A stretch of DNA of 56,002 bases, filler included, from Candidatus Woesearchaeota archaeon (GTDB taxonomy: Archaea > Nanobdellota > Nanobdellia > Woesearchaeales > GCA-2685855), in assembly GCA_002685855.1 (NCBI GenBank). It is 4 parts of 4 records of this genome, joined end to end, with 100 filler letters (N's around TTAATTAATTAA, not from the genome) between each part and the next. Parts side by side here need not be neighbours in the genome. Positions count along the whole stretch, not along the records: positions 12,090 to 40,992 come from NYYS01000059.1; positions 41,093 to 48,096 come from NYYS01000061.1; 2 more parts are not named here. One strand, written 5' to 3'. Each line of letters opens with the position of its first letter. Within the stretch, counting starts at the first letter, position 1. The notes below the pieces were generated by a model, which did not search any database, was not told the origin of the DNA, and saw only the letters and a program-made list of their open reading frames with translations. Shown one piece after another: positions 37,400 to 45,588 of this stretch. The position numbers and the translations under genes are program-made.

Positions 37400-38377
37400 T
37401 TATGTCCAGGTAACTTTTATTTCGTCTGTTCGTTCATAGGGTTTGATTGATGATTCTTTAATTGTTGTTGGTCCTTGTGCGTTGTAAATTATGCTTCCTG
37501 TCCAGGCGATCATGGCTGCATTGTCGACAAGGAATTGGTTTTCGGGGGTGTACATGGTTGCATTTCGTTCTTTGCACATGGTTTGTGCCATTGTCTGGAG
37601 GGTTTTGTTGCAGGCTACGCCTCCTGCGAGTATTATTTCTTTTTTTTGGGTGTGTGCGAGGGCTCGTTCTGTTACCTCGATGAGTTGGGAGAATGCGATA
37701 TGTTGGGCAGAGTAGCAGAGGTCTTCTGTCGTGTATTCTTTTTTTTGGATCTTTTGTTTGAGGTTGGTGAGGAGTCCTCCGAAGCTCATATCCATGCCTT
37801 TTACTGAGTAGGGGAGGGGGATGAGTTTTCCGTTTTGGGCTTGTTTTTCTATGAGTGGGCCGCCGGGGAATCCGAGTCCGAGTTCTCTTGCGAATGTATC
37901 TAGGAAGTTTCCAATGCCGATGTCGAGGGTTTCTCCGAAGATGCGGTATTTTCCTTCTGTGAATGCGATGATCTGGGTGTTTGCTCCGGATGCGTAGAGC
38001 ATGACAGGGTCTGTTGCTTGGGTTCTGAGCTTGCCTATTTCGAGGTGGGCGATGCAGTGGTTTACGCCTATTAGTGGCTTTTTGAGGAGGATTGAGAGGC
38101 TTCTGGCGAATGCTGCGCCTATCTTTAGTGTGTTTCCTATGCCGGGGCTGATGGAGAATGCGATGAGGTCGATCTGTTTTGGCTGGATGTTGGCTTCTTT
38201 GAGGGATTGTTGGAAGAGGGCTTCGATTGACTGGAGATGGTGTTCTGCTACTTCTACGGGTCGCATTCCGCCTTGGGTGGTGGAATAGGCCTTTTTTGTG
38301 TTTGAGAGGATCTCTTTGTCTCTTGTTATGGCTATTCCGAGTGTGTGGGCGGTTGATTCAATGCCGAGGGTGATCAT
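37400..38377 (-). CDS. kae1: tRNA N6-threonylcarbamoyltransferase Kae1
   Basis: LGIESTAH, NHC.AH.E, SGANTQ, GETLD, PGGP.IE, GGVA.N, DNAAMIA. Confidence 0.96.
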   Translation of the reverse strand: MITLGIESTAHTLGIAITRDKEILSNTKKAYSTTQGGMRPVEVAEHHLQSIEALFQQSLKEANIQPKQIDLIAFSISPGIGNTLKIGAAFARSLSILLKKPLIGVNHCIAHLEIGKLRTQATDPVMLYASGANTQIIAFTEGKYRIFGETLDIGIGNFLDTFARELGLGFPGGPLIEKQAQNGKLIPLPYSVKGMDMSFGGLLTNLKQKIQKKEYTTEDLCYSAQHIAFSQLIEVTERALAHTQKKEIILAGGVACNKTLQTMAQTMCKERNATMYTPENQFLVDNAAMIAWTGSIIYNAQGPTTIKESSIKPYERTDEIKVTWT

Positions 38378-38848
38378 AGGAGTTGGAAGGGGGGATTTGT
38401 TTAAAAAGGGGTTGAATGAGGGAAAAAGTCTCTAGTGCTATCTATATGTTTATGGTGTCAAAAGGTATAAAGAAAAAAAAATGATGCCATGCATACTAGA
38501 AAAACCGAATTTCTGGCGATTAGTAATCGCGGACTGAACACCTCGTTGCCTTGGTGCGTACATCCCGATTCTATCAACCCCATCTTCTATGGGAACCATC
38601 TGTCTCTTTTCGAGGTGGGCTTCGTGCTTAGATGCTTTCAGCACTTATCCCTTGGGGCGTAGCTGCTCGGCTTGCCTTGTCAGACAACCGATAGACCAGA
38701 GGCCCCGAGCTTTCGTTCCTCTCGTACTAAAAAGTCCTTCCTCTCAGACAATGAACACTTCCAGTAGATATCAAACAAACTGCCTCACAGCGTTCTGAAC
38801 CCAGCTCACGATCCCTTTTGATGGGTGAACACCCCCACCCTTGGCAGC

Positions 38849-38894
38849 CTACAGAAATCGAAGATTTCTGAGTTTTTCTCAGTTCTTCGAAAAG
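38849..38894 (-). other. 46-nt intron/insertion in 23S rRNA (helix 91 region)
   Basis: Removal restores GGTGCAGAA|GCTGCCAAGGG; relaxed BHB (GCAG/CTGT). Confidence 0.75.
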
Positions 38895-38951
38895 TTCTGC
38901 ACCGCCAGGATAGGAAGAGCCGACATCGATGTAGCAAGCCGCGCCGTCGAT

Positions 38952-38985
38952 CAACTCGAAGATGCATAATTGATATACATCAAAA
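38952..38985 (-). other. 34-nt intron/insertion in 23S rRNA (helix 89 region)
   Basis: Removal restores GAGCTCAT|ATCGAC; BHB core GCTC/GAGT with 3-nt bulges. Confidence 0.78.
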
Positions 38986-40992
38986 ATGAGCTCTCGGGCG
39001 CGACAACTCTGTTATCCCCGGAGTAACTTTTCGGTCACATCTGGCCCCCATCAAGGAGGCACAGAGGATCGCTAGGCCCAGATTTCTCTACTGAAACCCG
39101 TCATGTAAAGGTTCCAGTTAGGCAGACTTTTGCCCTTGCACTCTACAACGGATTTCTGACCCGTTTGAGTCTACCATTGGGCCCTGCTGATATCTTTTCA
39201 GCAGGGTGCCACCCCAGCCAAACTACCCACCTGCTGCTGTCCTCACAAGGAGTGAGTGACGTAAGTCAAACTAAGTGGTGTTACACTTTCGCCTCAACAA
39301 GCCCTGACGAGCTTGTATCGAAGGCTCCCACTTACGCTATATAGTTTAACTCACGCCACTACAACAGGCTGTAGTAAAGTTTCACGGGGTCTTCGCTTCC
39401 CACTGGAAGTCACTGGCCTTTGCACCAGTAAAGAGTGTTCGGAGGGTTCTAGTTAGGGACAGTGGAGATCTCGTTACGCCATTCATGCAGGCCGTCAATC
39501 AAACGGCAAGGCATTTCGTTACCTTAAGAGAGTTATAGTTACCCCCGCCGTTTACCAGCCCTTGGCTCCCTTGAAAAGGAGTTTTAGGTACTGGCACTGG
39601 GCAGACGTCACCGAGTATACAAGCCATTCCTGGTTAGCACTCGGTTAAGTTTTTGGTAAACAGTCGGACCTCCCTTGTCACTGCGCCCTGCAATCGCACC
39701 TCTACAGATACGAAAGCAGGGACCCCTTATACCGAAGGTACGGGGCTAATTTGCCGAATTCCCTTAACTAGATTTTCCCTGCGCGCCTTAGGCTTCTAAC
39801 CTAGGGGCACCTGTGCTGGTTCTGGGTATGATACAAAAGAATCTTTCTCTATTCCCTTTTCACGGGCTCCAGGCATCTACCTCATACTCCAGAGGAGTAC
39901 TGTTCTAAAAGTTGCTCAGGATCTCACCATTACGGTACTCTCCTGACCTGCCTCTATTAACATCCTTGATAAGATGGAGGTGTAGCCCAAAGCGTCAGAA
40001 ATAGAGCTTGTGTCACCACGAATATCTTTTGTGTACCGGAATATTAACCGGTTTCCCTTTCGTATTGCTCCAACTAGGAGCGTACTTAGGATCAACTAAC
40101 CCTTGACTGATTTGCATTGTCAAGGAACCCTTGCCCTTACGGCGCCACTGATTCTCACAGTGTTATGTTCCTACTCTCACCAGGATTCTCATTTCTGCTA
40201 GATCCACACCCCCTCGAAGGGATGTTTCTGCTCTTGCAGAACGTCAGCCTACTACACACCTTTCGGTGGTCTACAGTATCGGTAATTGGTTTAGCCCCGT
40301 CCATTTTAGACGCTCAAAGCCTTGACAAGTAAGCTGTTACGCACTTTTTAAAGGATGGCTGCTTCTAAGCCAACCTCCTCGCTGTCTGAGGCCTTAAACA
40401 ATCTTCACCCTTTAACACTTAACCAACATTTAGGGACCTTAACTGTAGTCCGGGTTGATACCCTCTCGGATGCCACCTTTACGACGGCACCCCGTCTCTT
40501 GGCGTCTACAACGCAAGAAGATTCGGAGTTGGACAGAAGACCGAGCCGGTTAAAGCCCTAAATCCTCAATCCGTGTCTCTACCCTCCTTGCCGTCTCAAC
40601 CAAGGCTTGACTACGGCCAACTTCGACTGAAACCAGCTATCACCGAGCTCGATTGGCTTTTCACCCCTAATCCCAGGTTAGAAGAACACTTGCTCGTAGC
40701 ACCTCTTCAGGACTCCACCCCTTTTTACGGGGGCTTCACCTTACCCAGGATTAGATCGCCCGGCTTCGGGTCTGGTCCACGTGACTTGAGGCGCTTTAAC
40801 ACCTCCCTCCTCGTAAACTGCGAGGTCTTGGTTTCCCTTCGGATTCTCAGATAGATTATCCTCGCCACGTAGACAAACTCCCTGGCACGTTATTCAAAAC
40901 GGACGATGCACATTGCTGCGCATCTCACGATAGTTATCAGGTTTCAAGATCTTTTAACTCTCTGTCAAGAGTTCTTTTCAGCGTTCCCTCAC

Positions 40993-41092
40993 NNNNNNNN
41001 NNNNNNNNNNNNNNNNNNNNNNNNNNNNNNNNNNNNTTAATTAATTAANNNNNNNNNNNNNNNNNNNNNNNNNNNNNNNNNNNNNNNNNNNN
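40993..41092. other. Artificial contig linker
   Basis: N-TTAATTAATTAA-N. Confidence 0.98.
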
Positions 41093-41093
41093 G

Positions 41094-41477
41094 CTTCGAC
41101 CAAACGGAATCTTTTATTTTGAGGATGCAAACAGAGAATTTGCACCCCACTTTAGACAACCAGAAATTGCAGCTCCCGAACACACCGATTTTCCGTTTGT
41201 ACAGTATGTTCACGATCTCCTACGAAAGGATCCACAAGAACTCATGAAGCGATTTGCTGAACAGAGAGTTTTTCCTGAAGAAGTGTTTCATCCCGACTAT
41301 AGTTCAATAGAGGGATGGCGTTCTCTTGCTGACAGCCAAATCGCAATCGCAGGTTTCTCCTTTTGTGCTGCCTGGACAAAAGAGGAGATTGATTCTGCAC
41401 TTCGCACAGCAGAATTCTCCCGCATTCAATGGAACGAGGATTCAGGACAGCACATATCAGGCTATGCAGTAAAATAA
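41094..41477 (+). CDS. Class I SAM methyltransferase, C-terminal part (5' truncated)
   Basis: Frame open from the contig edge: LRPNGIFYFED. Confidence 0.55.
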   Translation, partial: LRPNGIFYFEDANREFAPHFRQPEIAAPEHTDFPFVQYVHDLLRKDPQELMKRFAEQRVFPEEVFHPDYSSIEGWRSLADSQIAIAGFSFCAAWTKEEIDSALRTAEFSRIQWNEDSGQHISGYAVK

Positions 41478-41747
41478 TGAGGGGGGAGGGACTTTCTCGA
41501 GTTTTTGAATCTCTAAGATGACTCCGGTGCAAAGCACTAGGAGTCGTCTGCTTTTTACGAGATTTTTCGCAAAAATCTCCTTCGAACCCCCGAACCCACT
41601 AAGGGACTGGATTCCTCAAAGCGGTTTTGTCATTGCCTTTCGGCTCATTACTCAAGGTTTCTTGAGTCCAGCACATTCAGCCTCAAAACTCCGTTTTTCA
41701 CAGATTCAAAACGAGGTTTTGAATTGACCAGACTTTGCTACCCCCTC
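41478..41747 (-). tRNA. tRNA-Leu(CAA) with three introns (D-loop, 37/38, T-loop)
   Basis: Spliced: GAGGGGGTAGCAAAGTCTGGTCAA|ATGTGCTGGACTCAAG|ATCCAGTCCCTTAGTGGGTTCGGGGGTTCGAA|TCCCTCCCCCCTCA; introns 41677-41723, 41613-41660, 41492-41580. Confidence 0.9.
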
Positions 41748-41798
41748 ATTGGTCTTCGAAGAAAGATTGGATTCTTAAAGGTTTTGCTTTATTAGAAA

Positions 41799-42362
41799 CT
41801 ATACTGATCTCAAGGCTTCTGGCACTCTTTGGTATGAGCTTCTAATCTTTGCCATATTCTGAACTGTTACTTTCGCGGGGTCTTTTCCCACCAGTCCAGA
41901 TATAGTTGCAAGAAAATCAATATATGTTTTATGTACTTCAAAAGAGTCCACAACAGGAAGAAACACCTGTCGTCCTTCACTATCCTTATCTACTTTATAC
42001 TTTGCTGGGAAAAATTCTGAACGATCCATTGTAACGATACACTGAGTATCAACAGGAATAACAGTTCCTCTTATTAACAAACCTTGATAAGATCTATTAG
42101 CAACTCTTTTGGCTTTACTCTGATCTACTATGCCGATAGTCTGATAGTTGACTCCTTCTTTAATTGAGTCTCTAAATGAGCGCACTGAAGATGTTCTAAA
42201 GTCTGTTGCAGTGCCAAAGGCGCTAACAGTTTTTCTGTTTGCATACTGATTCTTAGCAGCATCAAAAGCCTTGTAGACACGCGTTAGAGAATTTCCACTA
42301 ATGACTTCATCAAGCGATAAAAAAGAGACAGGTTCTTCATCTGTCACATATTCATCAATCAA
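41799..42362 (-). CDS. Hypothetical protein
   Basis: 187-aa ORF directly after trmB. Confidence 0.6.
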   Translation of the reverse strand: MIDEYVTDEEPVSFLSLDEVISGNSLTRVYKAFDAAKNQYANRKTVSAFGTATDFRTSSVRSFRDSIKEGVNYQTIGIVDQSKAKRVANRSYQGLLIRGTVIPVDTQCIVTMDRSEFFPAKYKVDKDSEGRQVFLPVVDSFEVHKTYIDFLATISGLVGKDPAKVTVQNMAKIRSSYQRVPEALRSV

Positions 42363-42366
42363 AACT

Positions 42367-43125
42367 TCAAAAACACTCCTCAGAACCTTCTGCCTTCTTC
42401 CATATCCTCAGAAAGTATTCCTGCTGAAAATAGGACAGATCAGCATCTTTTATGTGGATGTTGAGACGTTCTTTCATGGCCACATTTTTTAGAGTGATCT
42501 TGCATTCTGTTCCATCACAGATTATAACAGAAAAGTTACGCAAAGGATAGATGCGTATAGGAATTCCTTTCTTTTCATAGCTTTGCAAGACAGATCTATT
42601 TTTCCCGATTAGTTCAGGTATTAAGAGACGTACATCCACCTTTCTTTCTACGAGCTCAACCAAGGTGTTCAGGATTCTATAGATGTGTGAACCAGAGCGA
42701 TAGCGCCAGCCGCAGACATACAATGTTTTCTTTGCTTTTTCAAAGAACTGGAAGGTGATTTCATGAGATGCCTGGATCCCATAGGATAGGGAAACAACAT
42801 CCTTTTGTTCAGGTTCTCTTTCCTCATGAAGATCAGAAAGAAAGGGTATAAGTTCCTCTTTAATATCTTCGAGTTCATCCTTTTTTCGTTCAACCAATGA
42901 CTTAATAGAAACAGAAGGCGATAGAGGCTCATAGAGAGAGATCGCCCCTTTGAACTCCTGAACCAGCCCTTTCTTAACCAGGGCCTTCAAATTAGGATAG
43001 ACCGCGGTTGGAGGAACATTTGAAGCCGATGAGATCTCTTTAGCATTTGCCTTTCCAAGCTTCAATAAAGAAGTATAAATAGCACCTTCATATCCTGTTA
43101 ACCCAAGATGATGTAATGCATCCAT
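42367..43125 (-). CDS. TrmB-family transcriptional regulator
   Basis: LGLT.YE..IY..L, A.EIS..S.VP...VY..L..L..KGLV; C-terminal PLD-like domain. Confidence 0.9.
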   Translation of the reverse strand: MDALHHLGLTGYEGAIYTSLLKLGKANAKEISSASNVPPTAVYPNLKALVKKGLVQEFKGAISLYEPLSPSVSIKSLVERKKDELEDIKEELIPFLSDLHEEREPEQKDVVSLSYGIQASHEITFQFFEKAKKTLYVCGWRYRSGSHIYRILNTLVELVERKVDVRLLIPELIGKNRSVLQSYEKKGIPIRIYPLRNFSVIICDGTECKITLKNVAMKERLNIHIKDADLSYFQQEYFLRIWKKAEGSEECF

Positions 43126-43179
43126 TAATAATCAATAATTAATAGTAATATATAAATGTTACCCCTTCCACCTTACACC

Positions 43180-43995
43180 ATGGAGCGTGATACAATGAAC
43201 ACAGAGCTTGAAACCGTAATGCGTCTTGCACAACGAGCAGGAAAAGAGATTATGAGCCAGTATGGCTTACAGAAAAAGATAGAGCTTAAAGAGGATAATA
43301 CACCCGTAACAGAGGCAGACAAAGCTGCGAACAGGATAATTCTGGAAGGGCTTGTAGATGTTTTCCCCCATGATGGGATCATATCTGAGGAGATGGAAAC
43401 AATCACTGGCGACCGCTCATGGTATGTGGATCCTCTCGATGGCACAAAAGGATTTATCAATAGAACTGACCAGTTTGCAATACATATCGGTCTTGCAATT
43501 GACGCAAAACCTGTTTTTGGTCTTATCTATAAGCCCACGACAGGAGAGGCGTATTACGGGATAGAAGATGAAGGCGCATTCTATAGGGGCTTGGGACATA
43601 AAGTTCCATTACATATTAATAGGGAAAATCCCGATAGGAGAATAGCTGTTGTTGGAATCTCCTTTACAGATGACGAAGATGGAAGAGACATCATGAAAAA
43701 ATTAACACCGACCTCCATCCTACATTCAGGAAGTGAAGGACTAAGAATTATGAAGCTTGTAGAAAACATCGGAGATCTCCATCTTACAAACAAAAACAGA
43801 CTTGGAACATGGGATGTGTGTGCCCCACAGGCAATTCTTGAAGCTGCAGGAGGAGTTATTGTTGGAACAGATGGAAAGCCCATTGAATATGTTGGACAGA
43901 GAAAAGTCGGAAGGGATATCTATGTAACACGAACAGAAGAACAGAAGAACTATATGCTGGAACGGTTGGGGGATCTCTCTCTTCCTATCCATTAA
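43180..43995 (+). CDS. cysQ: Inositol monophosphatase family / 3'(2'),5'-bisphosphate nucleotidase
   Basis: PVTEAD, SEE, W.VDPLDGTK.F, WD.CA. Confidence 0.88.
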   Translation: MERDTMNTELETVMRLAQRAGKEIMSQYGLQKKIELKEDNTPVTEADKAANRIILEGLVDVFPHDGIISEEMETITGDRSWYVDPLDGTKGFINRTDQFAIHIGLAIDAKPVFGLIYKPTTGEAYYGIEDEGAFYRGLGHKVPLHINRENPDRRIAVVGISFTDDEDGRDIMKKLTPTSILHSGSEGLRIMKLVENIGDLHLTNKNRLGTWDVCAPQAILEAAGGVIVGTDGKPIEYVGQRKVGRDIYVTRTEEQKNYMLERLGDLSLPIH

Positions 43996-44021
43996 TAATT
44001 AAGTGATACTGTTAGAAACGT

Positions 44022-44408
44022 TCAAATCCGTCCAAGCTTCTTCTCTATTTCAGAAAGAGAATGCTGCAGTTTATCCAACTCAGTCTCTTTCTTTGAGGAT
44101 TTTTTCTTTCCAGAAGACTTTTTTCCTTTTTTCCCTTTCTTTCCTTTCTTTCCTTTCTTTAATGGCACTTCTTTCTTTTTGGAGAGATAGAGTTCATGTT
44201 CAGGCAACCTGTCTTCAAGTTTTTTTAGAAGGAGTTTGAGTTCTTTGGTTTCTGACTTCAAAAGAGCTAACACAGCCAATTTTTCTTCGCGAAGTTTTCC
44301 TATAGTGTAAAACTCTTTAAGAGCGTGGATCGTACTTCTACTTGTTTCAAGAAGATGTTTCCGCAACTCCACAGGCCGGTGGAGGCCCACATAAAATTTG
44401 TCTTCCAT
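44022..44408 (-). CDS. Hypothetical coiled-coil protein with Lys-rich insert
   Basis: FYV....P.ELR..LLE; KKGKKGKKG repeat; C-terminal helix. Confidence 0.75.
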   Translation of the reverse strand: MEDKFYVGLHRPVELRKHLLETSRSTIHALKEFYTIGKLREEKLAVLALLKSETKELKLLLKKLEDRLPEHELYLSKKKEVPLKKGKKGKKGKKGKKSSGKKKSSKKETELDKLQHSLSEIEKKLGRI

Positions 44409-44409
44409 G

Positions 44410-44649
44410 CTATTCTCCGGGTTGGAACAATGATTTATCAATGGCAACGACGCGATGTGTGACTTGGTCTAATCCTCGTTTCCATTCAGTCAATTCATGA
44501 TCTTCTCTTTGTTTAAGCTCGTGCAATTTGTCAAAGAGATCATGGCACTTGTCCAACTTTCCCTTAATAACATCCATCATGTCTAGTACTTCTTTGTATT
44601 CGTCAATCTTAACATAAATGGGTGCTTCGTGTTTTGAACTTTCCATCAT
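44410..44649 (-). CDS. Small coiled-coil protein (PIYVKIDEY type)
   Basis: Beta-strand then heptad helix; GGTGA RBS. Confidence 0.8.
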   Translation of the reverse strand: MMESSKHEAPIYVKIDEYKEVLDMMDVIKGKLDKCHDLFDKLHELKQREDHELTEWKRGLDQVTHRVVAIDKSLFQPGE

Positions 44650-44654
44650 ATCAC

Positions 44655-45425
44655 CTAGATAGTTTTTCCATAAATTTTTTGATCCAGCTCTACAAAAACA
44701 TCCTGTATTTCATCTAATTTATCATGAACATCCTGGTAGGTTGTTGTTATAAGTCCTTCAGTACTTGTTACATTATTTAATTGTGCAGGGGCGCTTGTAA
44801 AATCTTCCAAAGTCTCATTTAGCATAAGCAGCATATCTTTATATTTGCCATGCTCAACATAGATCACCCTCTTTTTTTGAACAACCCTTTTTTTTCTATG
44901 TACAGGAGTAAGTGCAACCCTATCAGATTTCTTCGAAGCATCATCAGACCTTTTTGTCGGCGTAGAAGAAAAAAGTGTTGACTCGTGTACTTCCTGCTTA
45001 GGAAGCGGCGGAGGAACAGCTTTTTTTACAGGAGCTTCTGGCTTTTTTTCAACAGGCCTAGATACCGGCTCATCTTCAAAGTCAGGTAGTTCGAAATCAT
45101 CCAGGTGCACTGTGCTGGGCGAACTTGGAAGAGGATCGCTCATTCCAGGAGGAAGGTCAGGGTCGTCAACCATCTCAAGAGGAGGATGAACATCATCTGT
45201 TCCTGAAGAAGGGAGTGCATCAAGATCTCCGAGCGGTTCCAGTGAGCCAGAGGAAAGTGTGTCAGGCCCGGCTTTGCCGGGAGAAGAACCTTCATCAGGA
45301 GGAAGAGGCGGAAGAGCAATATCTGAAGGAGGAATTGAAGAGCTTTTAGGAGAATCAAAAGAAGGTGGAGCTGACGCTGTAATAGTATCTACTTTTTTTT
45401 TCTTTCCAAATCCAAACAATCCCAT
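44655..45425 (-). CDS. Protein with N-terminal amphipathic peptide, Pro/Asp-rich linker and C-terminal coiled-coil domain
   Basis: MGLFGFGKKKK; C-terminal IYVEHGKYK domain similar to 44410-44649. Confidence 0.8.
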   Translation of the reverse strand: MGLFGFGKKKKVDTITASAPPSFDSPKSSSIPPSDIALPPLPPDEGSSPGKAGPDTLSSGSLEPLGDLDALPSSGTDDVHPPLEMVDDPDLPPGMSDPLPSSPSTVHLDDFELPDFEDEPVSRPVEKKPEAPVKKAVPPPLPKQEVHESTLFSSTPTKRSDDASKKSDRVALTPVHRKKRVVQKKRVIYVEHGKYKDMLLMLNETLEDFTSAPAQLNNVTSTEGLITTTYQDVHDKLDEIQDVFVELDQKIYGKTI

Positions 45426-45588
45426 TCCTCACCTCTCTGTAGACAATCAATCTGCAAAAGACTATTAAAAACTTTCTTATTATTTTAAAATAGTAACACA
45501 TGGCTATCGAGGATTTTTCCTTTTTTTTCGAAAATGCTTCGGTTTTTTTGGCAACAGACTTTTGAAGCCCTCTGACCTCTACCAAAAG

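Larger units (their letters stand above)
38503..40992 (-). rRNA. rrl: 23S rRNA, 5' part truncated by gap; two short introns
   Basis: Conserved PTC and sarcin-ricin segments (AGTACGAGAGGAAC, GAGCTGGGTTCAGAACG, CTACATCGATGTCGGCTC); 3' end approximate. Confidence 0.96.

Noticed and set aside
38450..40854. Short ORFs within 38.4-40.9 kb
   Set aside because: They overlap the 23S rRNA
41518..41727. ORFs over 41.5-41.7 kb, 54373-54648 and 1981-2343
   Set aside because: They overlap tRNA-Leu, tRNA-Gln and the 5S rRNA
44100..44160. TTTCCTTTC tandem repeats, and GGN runs at about 26597-26628 and 51082-51126
   Set aside because: They encode KKG and poly-Gly linkers; no independent DNA function evident
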